Source of the DNA: Myxococcota bacterium
GTDB lineage: Bacteria > Myxococcota_A > UBA9160 > UBA4427
Direction: 5' to 3'
Assembly: GCA_965250285.1 (NCBI GenBank)
Contig: OZ252299.1
Location: 5,184,001-5,248,000, forward strand
Length of the DNA: 64,000 nt
Part shown: positions 19,768 through 29,137 of the stretch, in pieces
Layout: the number at the start of each line of letters is the position of its first letter
Numbering within the stretch: position 1 is the first letter of the stretch
Notes under the pieces: model-generated
Told to the model about the DNA's origin: nothing
Seen by the model: the letters and a program-made list of their open reading frames with translations, nothing else
Databases searched by the model: none
Program-made: the position numbers and the translations under genes

Positions 19768-20966
19768 TAGCTCGACCCCGCTCGCTGATCCGACGCGGCC
19801 GACGCCCTGCGCCGCAGCAGGATCTCGCGCGCGGCCTCGGCGATCGGCAGGGCGACCCGTCGCGGCACCGTCTGCGTCTCGTCCTCGACGAAGTGCCCCG
19901 GCGGGTCGCGAAACTCGGCGTCGCCCAGCAGATCGTGCAGATCGAGAAAGTGACCTCCACTCGTCGCCACCGCCGCCCGGATCAGGTCGATCGTGCGTTG
20001 CAAGCCGACCGTGTTGAGAATGCCGAGCTCTCGCAAATGCTCGATGTTCGTTGGATTGAGGTAGACGAGCACATCCGTGCCGCTTTCGGTGAGCGCACGA
20101 ATGCCCGAACCGAGCAGGGCCAGCTTCGCGTGGTCTTCATCGAGCCCTTCGAGGGTCGTCTCGAAGTGGATGCGCTCACCGTAGGCCGAGTAGCGGGGAG
20201 GTCTGGAGTTCGGGAGGACGTGCCGGACGAGATAACCCTGGCCGCGCATCGTCCGGGCCCGAGCCTCGGGCTTGCGCCCTCGGTTGGGGTTGAGCCGGTC
20301 TTCGGCCAGCTCGACGAGGTGAGCGAACCGCAGCTGGCTCGTCCGGACCGACCCGTGAAGATCGTGCAGGCCGATCTGGACGATGGCCTGATGCAACAGC
20401 AGGTCGGCGAGGCTGAGGCGGAACACCTCGATCGGCATCGAGAGGATCTCGGGCAGGCGATCGCCATCGACGAAGCCGACCAGCTCGGGCGGGCCATTCC
20501 TTGCCGTCCATCGATCGGTGAACTGAAAGAACGAGAGCTGCCAGATGACGAGGTCGGGTTCGTACGCGGCCACGCGGTCCGCCAGGAACGCGTACTGCAA
20601 GATGCCGGCACCTGGAGCCGACGCGTTGATCATCTTGACCTTCGGCTCCCTTGCGAGGCGACCGATCTGCTTCGCGGTGAGGGCGGGGAGCGCGAGGCCC
20701 TGCTCATAGCTCGCGACGGTCGAATCACCAAAGAAGACGATCGAGGCGCGTTCGCCGACGCGCCCCCGCGCGAGCGCACGACCGACGGCCTCATCGATGA
20801 TGTCGAATCGGTGCCCCTGCCAGCTGACGTCGTCGGGATAGAGGGCCCCGGCGGCGCGGTCCAGCGCAAACCACGTGCCGATGGCCGCGACGAAGGCAAT
20901 CGGCCAGAAGGCGATGTGCCAGCGCTTCGAGCCGCGGGAGCCAGCGTTGCCAGGGTGCGAGCTCAA
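19767..20966 (-). CDS. SGNH/GDSL-like periplasmic protein (AlgJ/DltD-like partner of the MBOAT)
   Basis: N-terminal TM anchor, FFGDS block I, NASAPG, C-terminal FRDPPGH; coupled to both neighbours. Confidence 0.65.
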   Translation of the reverse strand: MSSHPGNAGSRGSKRWHIAFWPIAFVAAIGTWFALDRAAGALYPDDVSWQGHRFDIIDEAVGRALARGRVGERASIVFFGDSTVASYEQGLALPALTAKQIGRLAREPKVKMINASAPGAGILQYAFLADRVAAYEPDLVIWQLSFFQFTDRWTARNGPPELVGFVDGDRLPEILSMPIEVFRLSLADLLLHQAIVQIGLHDLHGSVRTSQLRFAHLVELAEDRLNPNRGRKPEARARTMRGQGYLVRHVLPNSRPPRYSAYGERIHFETTLEGLDEDHAKLALLGSGIRALTESGTDVLVYLNPTNIEHLRELGILNTVGLQRTIDLIRAAVATSGGHFLDLHDLLGDAEFRDPPGHFVEDETQTVPRRVALPIAEAAREILLRRRASAASDQRAGSS

Positions 20967-23140
20967 CCGTCGTCTCCGGGGACGATTCGCACGTCGCGAT
21001 AGACCTGCGAGAACCCCTTGAAGTCGAGCGGATGCACGCGCACCGACCCCTGGAGCTTCGTGCGGAAGACGAGGTCGATCGACTGGCCCGCCCAGGGCGC
21101 GAGGTCGATGGCGAGGCGTCGGTATGGAAGCTGCGGGCCGCCGCCCTTCTTGACGGCGACGCGGAAACGTTCGCGAGCGACCTCGGTCATGCCGGTCGCG
21201 TCTTCGATCGACACCGTGGCGTCGAGGGTCGTACCCCGGCTGACCTCGAACGGAGGCCGATAGCCGACTTCGAGGAGAAGCTCTCCACCGGCATCGGGTA
21301 CGCGCACGCGGCATCGCGTCTCGCGCCCTTCGGCCGGCATCTCGAACCGATCCCGAGACTTGTGGTAGAGGGCCGAGAAGAGCAGGTGGCGGCGCACTTC
21401 GATCTCTCGCGGTGAGGCTTGCTGCGTGTCGCAGTCGGCGAGGGCGTTGATCGAGGCGCGTCTCGGCACGCGCTCGCGCCGTTTCTCGAGCACGATGTAG
21501 TCGTCGTTGCCACCGAGGGCGGCACGCCGGAAAGTGGTCGCGAGGTAGTCGGCCAGCACCGGCGCATAGTCGGCGAGACCCCGGCGGTCGCTGAAGAAGT
21601 TGTTGTAGCGGGTCAGCGCCATGCGGACCCCGGATGCCTCGGCGCCGTCCACGACGCTCTGCCCTCCGTCGAACGCGATGTGGTGCTCGTAGAGGTTGTA
21701 GAACGCGCTCGGCATGGGCCGGTCGGTCAGGAAGTTCACCATGGCGAGGTCGGGCACGGTCAGCAGCGCCTCGCCCTGCTCGGTCCGCCCTTCGACCGCG
21801 CGGATCATGTAGCCGAGGTTCTCGGCCTCGAGCCGCCCGATCTTCACGCCACCGCGCGCGCCGCCGATCTCGATGACGAGCTGAGTGCGCAGCGCATTCC
21901 ACCAATAGAGGCCCACCCCGGTGTAGAGCAGCGCCAGGACCGTCACGAGCACAGTCAGCGCACGCGCAGTGCCAGACGACAAGACCTCGAGGCGCCGGAT
22001 GCCAGCGGGCACCACGAAGGCCCCGGCGACGATCACCGTTTGATAGACGTTCACGAGGTGGTTGAAGTCGGCGCGTGGGAAGAGCCCGAGATACACCGCG
22101 CCGCAGACCGCCGTGACCGTGAAGAGCACCGGCTCGATGCGGCGCTCGGCGAGGCGCAGTGAGAGCAGCAGGCCACCGACGAAGATCGGGAGCGGGATCC
22201 AGTAGAGCAGGACGTGCATGCGCTGGACACCCCGGAAGGCCTGCAGCGGGGCGATCGGCGGCGAGTTCAGCTTCGCGTATGCGAGATAGGTGAGGCGCTC
22301 GACGCCGTCGGTGTAGAGGTCGGGGTCGAAGAGCGACGAGAACGATGCGACCGGGATGTCGTGGGCGCCGGCGAACTCGAAGGGATGCACGACGAGGCTC
22401 TGCCACGCTGCGGGGAACGCGCCCGTGGCGAGCAGGTAGATCAGCACCGGTGCGCCCGCGGTGACGACGCCCGACGCGGTGATCGCCACGGGGATGGCGA
22501 CGTCGCGCCGCGCGTCGAGCTCGCCCGCGCGGCTGCGTTCGAAGCACATCGCGGCGAAGCCGAGCAGCGCGCCGAGTAGCGCGAACACGCCGTAGTTCTG
22601 CTTGAAGACGATCGCGAAGCCGAGGAAGAGGCCACAGACGAAGAGCGCCCGCGGGCCCGACCCGTCCCACCACGCGAGCAGGCGCTCGAGCGCGATGATT
22701 GCGAAGAGCACGGAGAACGGAGAGTAGAAGGCAAACGTCCACGCGGGGAACGCCCAGGGTGTGAAGGCGACGATCAGCCCCGCCGCGATCAATCCGGCGC
22801 GCCTCGACACGTGTCGCGTGACCATGCGTTCGGTGCAGACGATGAGCACGAGCCAGGCCAGGAAGATCACGACGCGCGAGACGAAGACGCTCGGCCCGAA
22901 GAGCGCGAAGGCCCCGGCCAGCAGAAACCAGACGCCGGGCGCGACGAACGAGTCCATCTCGGCGTACAGCACCCGGCCCTGCAGCAGATCCCACGACTGG
23001 AGCAGCAGATAGCCTTCGTCGCTCAGCACCAGGGCCCGCGTGCAGAGCACCCAGCCGAACGCGGCGACGAGCGCCAGCAGCACGGCGTTGAGCCAGGCGG
23101 GTCGCGGTGCGTCGAGCCGATCGAATCCCGACGGCGTCAT
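20963..23140 (-). CDS. GT-C fold membrane glycosyltransferase
   Basis: LSDEGY after TM1, FKQNYG, PRADFNH, multiple TM helices and a C-terminal soluble domain. ATG overlaps the upstream TGA. Confidence 0.75.
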   Translation of the reverse strand: MTPSGFDRLDAPRPAWLNAVLLALVAAFGWVLCTRALVLSDEGYLLLQSWDLLQGRVLYAEMDSFVAPGVWFLLAGAFALFGPSVFVSRVVIFLAWLVLIVCTERMVTRHVSRRAGLIAAGLIVAFTPWAFPAWTFAFYSPFSVLFAIIALERLLAWWDGSGPRALFVCGLFLGFAIVFKQNYGVFALLGALLGFAAMCFERSRAGELDARRDVAIPVAITASGVVTAGAPVLIYLLATGAFPAAWQSLVVHPFEFAGAHDIPVASFSSLFDPDLYTDGVERLTYLAYAKLNSPPIAPLQAFRGVQRMHVLLYWIPLPIFVGGLLLSLRLAERRIEPVLFTVTAVCGAVYLGLFPRADFNHLVNVYQTVIVAGAFVVPAGIRRLEVLSSGTARALTVLVTVLALLYTGVGLYWWNALRTQLVIEIGGARGGVKIGRLEAENLGYMIRAVEGRTEQGEALLTVPDLAMVNFLTDRPMPSAFYNLYEHHIAFDGGQSVVDGAEASGVRMALTRYNNFFSDRRGLADYAPVLADYLATTFRRAALGGNDDYIVLEKRRERVPRRASINALADCDTQQASPREIEVRRHLLFSALYHKSRDRFEMPAEGRETRCRVRVPDAGGELLLEVGYRPPFEVSRGTTLDATVSIEDATGMTEVARERFRVAVKKGGGPQLPYRRLAIDLAPWAGQSIDLVFRTKLQGSVRVHPLDFKGFSQVYRDVRIVPGDDG

Positions 23141-24855
23141 CGTGGTGCGCCGCCTGGCTTGCGCATCAGTCCGTACCACTCCGTGCCACCGCCTTGAAAC
23201 GTCTCGACGCGCACGAATCGGCTCTGCAGATACCGAGCAAGATCGGGGAAGAGCTGGGCGAAGGGCGGAAACTCGGGATACATCCGAGGATTGAACACCA
23301 CGCAGCGCACGCCGGCGTCCTCGAGCCCGCGCGCGATCCGCATGCCGTCGACGTTGCCCGGGATCACCAGATCGTGGGGCTGGGGTGTGGTGCGGCCGGT
23401 GAGGAAGTAGACCACCGGAATCTCGGGTGCGACGAACACGTCTTCGCCGGGTGGGGCGCAGCGCTCGATGAACTCGACCGCGCCGCCGATCAGGCCCGCC
23501 ATGCGGTCACTGACGTAGAGGTCGGCGCGTTCGAGTTCGAGCGGCGTCGGGTTTCGATCGATGACCTTGGTGATCGACTCGAAGCCCGCCGCGACCCAGG
23601 CGAACAGGACGAGTGTGGCGAACGTTGGCACCGCCAAGCGGCGCGATGCCGCGACGGGGGCATCGACCTGCCGCTGCGAGAGCCACGCATGTAGCCGGTG
23701 CCCGACGATCACGTAGAGCGGCAGCAGGGGGATCATCACGAAGGCGAGGTGCGACCAGATCGCCGAAGGGAAGATGCCTGGGAAGAAGACGATGCCGTAG
23801 ATCAGCACCGCACGGGTCGCACGCGCCGTAGCTTCGCTCGGCGCGAACCGATCGCGAATCGCGAGGGCGAAGGCGACGACGAGCAGCACGAGGGGCAAGC
23901 CGTAGCTGAGTCGGATCGCGAGGCTGCGTACGCCGGGCGTCGGCTTCACGCCGAGCACACGGCCGCCGTTCAGCATGTCGTCGAACATCGGCGGTGGGGT
24001 GTAGAGAAAGGTGAAGCGTCCGTCGTTCTCGGGGTGCGTGCCGAGGATCGGCGGGATCGGATTGTTGAAGTGCTCGACCTGCGAACCGCCGAGGGAGAGC
24101 AGCGTATGCTCGATCAGATCACCGAACGTACCCGTCGCGACGAAGCCCGCGATGACGAAGACGGTCGGGACGAGCCCGGCGAGCCCGACCGTCACGAAGA
24201 GTCGGCGCCACTCGGTGAAGCGGAACCCCGCGCTCCGGCCGCCGAGGATGCCGCCGACGAGGCACGCGATGAGGACCAATCCGCCGAAGTTCTGCTTCGT
24301 CAGCGCGGTCGCCGCGATGCACAGGCCCAGCCCGGCCGCATCGCGGGCGCGTTTCGTCTCGAGCGTGCGCAGCAGAAAGTAGAGCGCGCCCAGCCCCGCC
24401 ATCACCGCGAGCGTCGAGTAGTTGAGCATCGAGAGGATCGGGAACGCGATGGGGACGAAGGCCACGTAGGCGACCGGCGCGACCCACGCCCAGCGCTCGT
24501 CGGTGCACCGCGCCGTGATGCGCCAGAGCAGCACGGCCGTCAGCCCGTTCACGCACATGGCCGCGAACCGGGTGACCAGCAGATCCTCGCCGAAGACGCC
24601 GAAGAGCGAGTACGTGAGCAGGTAGATGCCCGGGAAGATGCCGGTGTGGATCTCGCTGTACAGATGTTTGCCCGCGTGCATCCACGAGGCTGCGGCCGCC
24701 AGATGGCCTTCGTCCATCGGGACGATCGTTCGGTGGGCGAGAGGCCACTGGACGATCGCGGCGACGACGAACAGGCCAATGCCCAGGGGCGCTGCGGACG
24801 ACGACGCAAGCGGCGGGAGAGATCCGCTGCTCGCCAGTGTGGACGTCTCGCGCAT
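23137..24855 (-). CDS. GT-C fold membrane glycosyltransferase
   Basis: PMDEGH after TM1, TKQNFG, PSAIWSH, multiple TM helices. Confidence 0.75.
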   Translation of the reverse strand: MRETSTLASSGSLPPLASSSAAPLGIGLFVVAAIVQWPLAHRTIVPMDEGHLAAAASWMHAGKHLYSEIHTGIFPGIYLLTYSLFGVFGEDLLVTRFAAMCVNGLTAVLLWRITARCTDERWAWVAPVAYVAFVPIAFPILSMLNYSTLAVMAGLGALYFLLRTLETKRARDAAGLGLCIAATALTKQNFGGLVLIACLVGGILGGRSAGFRFTEWRRLFVTVGLAGLVPTVFVIAGFVATGTFGDLIEHTLLSLGGSQVEHFNNPIPPILGTHPENDGRFTFLYTPPPMFDDMLNGGRVLGVKPTPGVRSLAIRLSYGLPLVLLVVAFALAIRDRFAPSEATARATRAVLIYGIVFFPGIFPSAIWSHLAFVMIPLLPLYVIVGHRLHAWLSQRQVDAPVAASRRLAVPTFATLVLFAWVAAGFESITKVIDRNPTPLELERADLYVSDRMAGLIGGAVEFIERCAPPGEDVFVAPEIPVVYFLTGRTTPQPHDLVIPGNVDGMRIARGLEDAGVRCVVFNPRMYPEFPPFAQLFPDLARYLQSRFVRVETFQGGGTEWYGLMRKPGGAPR

Positions 24856-25105
24856 GGATGGAACGACCTCTCGGTGCCGCGATCTCGGCCTCTTCGGATC
24901 GCGCTCTCGACCCTGGGGACATCGGCGGAACCGATCGCGGAATCGAGCAGTCTAGACGATCGGGCGCCGGGATCGGGCGCCATTTCGCCTACCCTGTAGC
25001 GCGTGCAACACGCATCGCCGCGCACGCGCCCCGGCGAACGCAGCCTGCTTCGGAAGGCGCCCGCGGACCGGGCGCTCGCAGTGCGAGCACAGTGAGGATC
25101 TCCCC

Positions 25106-25936
25106 ATGCGCGTGGGTGTGGCCATCAGTCTCGGGCTCGTCGTCGGTCTGGCCGTGGGTGTGGGGCTCGGTCGCTCGGTGCTCGCCCCCGGCGGCGAGCC
25201 GACGCCTGCTGCGGAAGTGCTCGAGGTGGAACTCGAGCAGGAGCGATCGGCCGGCGCGGCGCTGCGCGAGCAGGTCGCGCGTCTCGAGGCCCAGGCGGCC
25301 CGCGTGGCGACGCCGCCGCCGGTCGCGCCGGCGCCGCAATCCGTCATCGACGCCGCCGAAGCGCGCCCCGAGCAGGCCGGCGACGACGCGCCGCCCGGCG
25401 ACGCCACACCCGGAGGCGCAGCGCAGGCCAACGCAGCGGGCAGTGGCTTTCAGGACGCGCGCCTCCTTGCGCTCGGCTTCCACCCGCGCGACGTCGAGCG
25501 CCTGCACGAGGCTTGGGAGACGCTCGAGCTCGATCGCCTCTACCTTCAGGACGAACGCGCCCGATCGACGACCCGCGACGGGCGCTTCTGGATGCGGATG
25601 CGTGAGCTCGAGCAGGCCACCCTCGAGGATCTGGGGGCCGTCGAGTACGACGCGATGCTCTATGCGGGAAACAGGCGCAACCGCGTGCGGGTCGACAGCG
25701 TGTTCGACGAGTCGCCTGCCGACGAGGCGGGTTTCGAGGCCGGCGACGAGATCCTCGAGTACGGCGAACGACCGCTCTACGGCATGCACGAGCTCAAGGC
25801 CGAGACGTCGCGGTGCGAGCTCGGCATGCAGATCCCCGTCACCGTGTTGCGCGACGGCAGCGAGCGGCGCATCTGGACGCCTTGCGGTCCGCTCGGGATG
25901 CAGCTGCAGATGGTGAACGCGCCGCCACGATCCTGA
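25106..25936 (+). CDS. Membrane-anchored PDZ-domain protein
   Basis: N-terminal TM, coiled coil, Pro/Ala linker, C-terminal PDZ (VDSVFDESPADEAGFEAGDEIL...VTVLRDG). Confidence 0.8.
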   Translation: MRVGVAISLGLVVGLAVGVGLGRSVLAPGGEPTPAAEVLEVELEQERSAGAALREQVARLEAQAARVATPPPVAPAPQSVIDAAEARPEQAGDDAPPGDATPGGAAQANAAGSGFQDARLLALGFHPRDVERLHEAWETLELDRLYLQDERARSTTRDGRFWMRMRELEQATLEDLGAVEYDAMLYAGNRRNRVRVDSVFDESPADEAGFEAGDEILEYGERPLYGMHELKAETSRCELGMQIPVTVLRDGSERRIWTPCGPLGMQLQMVNAPPRS

Positions 25937-25955
25937 ACATCGTTCGTGTCGCTGT

Positions 25956-26750
25956 TCAGCGCCTCGCGTCGCGCGGATGCCGACACACGGCGAGCAGGTC
26001 GAGCACCCGATCGTTGGCCGGCACGATCGGGAAGTCGTCGACGCTGGCATCGGGCAGGCCGCTGCCCTCGGCGATCCCGCGGCGCACGACCACGGCGAAC
26101 ATCGCGAAGAGTCGGTCGATGAGCGCGCGCGGCAGGCGGCGGCGCAGGCGCAGTGGGTCGATGCGCACGATGCGACGGATGCGCTCGAGGCGCTCGTCGA
26201 AGTACTTCATCGTCTCGGGCGTCGCGCTGACACCGAGCATCTCGACCACTTCGAAGTGCGGCGAGATCAGGTCGCTGAGCTCGTCGGCGAGATACTCGCG
26301 TACGTGGAACGGGTTCTCTCGGTCGCTCTGCGCCAGGTTCGGCGTAGTGATGAGCGCGACTCCATCCGGCTTCGTCATCCGCGCGATCGATGCGAGGTAG
26401 GGGGCCGGGTCTTCGAGGTGCTCGATCACCTGAAAGCTGACGACCAGATCGAACGCGTTCGAAGCGAGGGGGATCGAGCCCGCGTCGGCGCGCAGGAAGC
26501 CGACGCGGGGGTGTCGTGCATCGCGATCGGGGCTGACGCGGTCGACGGCGAAGACCTCGAGGCCGGCCTCGGCCAGCTCGGCGGTGCCATAGCCGGTGCC
26601 CGAGCCGACCTCGAGCACCCGCGTTGCGCCCGCACTGCGCGCGCGCTCGATCGCGTACACGTAGGCGGCGCGATGGCGCGCGAGGTCGACGCCGAAGAGC
26701 TCGTTCTCGGCATGCAGCCGTTCGCCGGTGAAGGTGAGCTCTTCGCTCAT
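25956..26750 (-). CDS. Class I SAM-dependent methyltransferase
   Basis: FTGER, HRAAY, VLEVGSGTGYG, FDLVVSFQVIEH, TTPN, NPFHVREY. Confidence 0.92.
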   Translation of the reverse strand: MSEELTFTGERLHAENELFGVDLARHRAAYVYAIERARSAGATRVLEVGSGTGYGTAELAEAGLEVFAVDRVSPDRDARHPRVGFLRADAGSIPLASNAFDLVVSFQVIEHLEDPAPYLASIARMTKPDGVALITTPNLAQSDRENPFHVREYLADELSDLISPHFEVVEMLGVSATPETMKYFDERLERIRRIVRIDPLRLRRRLPRALIDRLFAMFAVVVRRGIAEGSGLPDASVDDFPIVPANDRVLDLLAVCRHPRDARR

Positions 26751-26798
26751 CGCTCTCGTCGCTCCCCTCGGCCCCTGCGAGTCATGCGCACGTGCATG

Positions 26799-27767
26799 TC
26801 AGGCCCTGCCTTCGCTCGGGGCTTCGCCTTCGTTCCGCCCCGACCACACCTCACGCGTGAACTCACGCGCGAAGCCGAAGCCGATGATCGCACGGCTGAC
26901 GATCAGACCGAAGCTCAATGTGAGGCTCGCAGCGAGGAGCGTCTCGCTGGGGGCATGCTCGCTGAAGAGCTCGACGAACACTTTCTGCCCCGTACCCAGG
27001 CCGGCGACGGCGATGGGAATCGCCGAGACGAGCAGCAGGAGCGAGACCTTCGCGATCAGCTCGAGCCATGGCACGTACACCGCGAACGCGATCATCGTGG
27101 TCCACGCGAGCCCGATGAACGATGCGACGAAGAGGGCGCGCAGCAGACCGAGCCGGGCGAGGCAGCCTGCGGATACGGTGCGCGCGGCTCGGAAGATCTC
27201 GAGGTCGCGCAATCGATCGAGCGGGCCGAGGCGCGCGGGCGCGCGAAGCACCACGAACCCGAGCACGATCAGGCCGACGGCGCCGGCGACGAAGGCCATG
27301 CGCACGCCCGTGCCTTCGCTGCCGAGCATCAGCCCGCAGACCGTGGCGGCCACCAGCAGGCTGCCGAGATCGAAGAGCCCGATCAGCAGCACCACGCCGG
27401 CCGAGTCACTGAGCGAGAGCGAGGTGCGGCGTCGCAGAAGGATCGAGACTGCGCCCGCGCCGAGCGCATAGTTGAGGATCGCGAGCAGGTAGCTCGCCGC
27501 CTTCATCCGCGCGGCCTCCCAGAGCGCGGTGTGGCCGTGGTAGTCGCGAACGACCATCACGAGGCAGACGGCCTCGAGCCAGAGCGTGATCGCGAGGAAG
27601 GCGAGCAAGCCGGGCACGAACCACTTGAGCACCGTGGGTGTCACGGCCTGCCAGACCGCCGTGAGATCCTGCCCCTGAAGAACCCACGCGATGAACACCA
27701 CGCTCACGACGAAGGGCAACGTGATGCGCGCCCAGCGGCCGATGCGGCCCGAACCGGCTTCACTCAT
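26799..27767 (-). CDS. Lysylphosphatidylglycerol-synthase TM domain / flippase-like membrane protein
   Basis: About 8 hydrophobic segments, late SAIPIAVAGLGTGQ motif (PxxxxGLG); located in a glycosyltransferase operon. Confidence 0.7.
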   Translation of the reverse strand: MSEAGSGRIGRWARITLPFVVSVVFIAWVLQGQDLTAVWQAVTPTVLKWFVPGLLAFLAITLWLEAVCLVMVVRDYHGHTALWEAARMKAASYLLAILNYALGAGAVSILLRRRTSLSLSDSAGVVLLIGLFDLGSLLVAATVCGLMLGSEGTGVRMAFVAGAVGLIVLGFVVLRAPARLGPLDRLRDLEIFRAARTVSAGCLARLGLLRALFVASFIGLAWTTMIAFAVYVPWLELIAKVSLLLLVSAIPIAVAGLGTGQKVFVELFSEHAPSETLLAASLTLSFGLIVSRAIIGFGFAREFTREVWSGRNEGEAPSEGRA

Positions 27768-29137
27768 GCAGCAGCCTTCCAGGGCAGGCCGGTGGCGTCG
27801 AGCTTGGTGAACACGACGCCGATCGTGAACACGAGGGCGACGCCGATGAAGAGCAGGGCGAGCGCGCCGTGAACCAGACGCGCCGACCAGGGGGCGGTCG
27901 CGCTCCAGCGCACCAGGCTCTCGCTCGCATAGTAGGCAAAGGGCACGCTGGCACCGAGCAGATAGCTCCCTTTGAGCGTGGCGAACCACGGGTTCCCCCA
28001 CGTGAAAACGACATAGCCGCCGAGCGTCGCACCGAGCAGCGCGAGCAGCACGCCGTCGCGCGCCGTGGGCGCACGCCACCACCGAAGGGCACCGCGCGCT
28101 GCGCCGTCGAAGAAGGCGGCGGTGGGGACGCATGCGAGCAGGAGCAGCGCAGTGCCGGCGCGCGTTGCGCCGACCGAGCTGGGCAGAAAGTGCCGGTGCC
28201 CGTCGAACCACAGCGTGGCGTAGGTCGAACCCCAGACCGAGTGCAGCAGGTCGGCGTTGAGCAGCTGCGGATCGGTGAAGGTCGCGGTCGGGAACCGGAG
28301 GTAGTCGAGCACGCCGCGCTCGCCAGGCGGCATCTCGAACATCACCGCATGCACGGCGAGGTCCTGGGGGTAGAGATACCCGTACACCAGCAGGTTGCGC
28401 GCGTAGAACCACCCTCCGATCACGCTCGCAACGGCGACCAGCACGGCCAGCGGGGGCAGAGCCTTTCGCAGCTCGCCGCGTCGCCAGGCGCTCGCTCCCC
28501 ACCCGGCGACGATCGCGAGCAGCACCAGCAGGCCCGAGAGCTTGGTGAGCCAAGCGAGGCCTGCGAGCGCGCCGATCCCTGCCGCGCGCGGCAGCATGCC
28601 GCCCGAGGCATCGTCGTCGAACGAGACGAGCGCAGCGCTCACGATCGCGAGGCTCGTCAGCGTCGCCGCGAGGATCTCTTCGCTGAACATCGCGCTCATG
28701 TAGATATGAACGGGCGCGTAGAGCACGAGCAGCGTCGCGATCATCGTGCGTTCGCCGGTGGCGCCGGGGGCGTTCGCGACGAGTCGAGCGAGGGCGGCGA
28801 TGCCGACGAGCCCGACGACGCTCGAAGCCAGGGGCACCACCCACGCGAGAGCGGGGGTCGCGTCGAAGAGACCCAGGCTCCGACCAATGAAGGCGGACGC
28901 GTAGTAGAAGAACGGCGGGTGGGCCGTGGCCCAGGCGGCGTCGGGCGCCGGGAGCGCCCACGAGCCGAGCAGGTGGTTCACGTACTCGACGTTCTCGATC
29001 GCATCGAAGCCCATGCGCGTGCGGTACTGAAATGCGTTGTTGATGCGCGCCGCGACGGCGACGAGCAGCGCGAGCGCGAACGTCGCCTGGGCGGCGCGCC
29101 CGGCGGCGACGGGCTGCGTCTCTTTGCTCGCGCTCAC
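27764..29137 (-). CDS. GT-C fold (GT39-like) membrane glycosyltransferase
   Basis: GFDAIENVEY, HPPFFY, SEEILA, LAWLTKLSG, WFYARNLLVYG; multi-TM. GTG start overlaps the upstream TGA. Confidence 0.75.
   Translation of the reverse strand: MSASKETQPVAAGRAAQATFALALLVAVAARINNAFQYRTRMGFDAIENVEYVNHLLGSWALPAPDAAWATAHPPFFYYASAFIGRSLGLFDATPALAWVVPLASSVVGLVGIAALARLVANAPGATGERTMIATLLVLYAPVHIYMSAMFSEEILAATLTSLAIVSAALVSFDDDASGGMLPRAAGIGALAGLAWLTKLSGLLVLLAIVAGWGASAWRRGELRKALPPLAVLVAVASVIGGWFYARNLLVYGYLYPQDLAVHAVMFEMPPGERGVLDYLRFPTATFTDPQLLNADLLHSVWGSTYATLWFDGHRHFLPSSVGATRAGTALLLLACVPTAAFFDGAARGALRWWRAPTARDGVLLALLGATLGGYVVFTWGNPWFATLKGSYLLGASVPFAYYASESLVRWSATAPWSARLVHGALALLFIGVALVFTIGVVFTKLDATGLPWKAAA

Noticed and set aside
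19767..22994. 1075-aa ORF (similarly the extended ORFs 10389-12647, 11723-13600, 26799-29360 and 35283-36941)
   Set aside because: The Arg-rich N-terminal parts are alternate frames of the upstream genes. True starts sit at or next to the upstream stop codons, so frameshift fusions are not needed.
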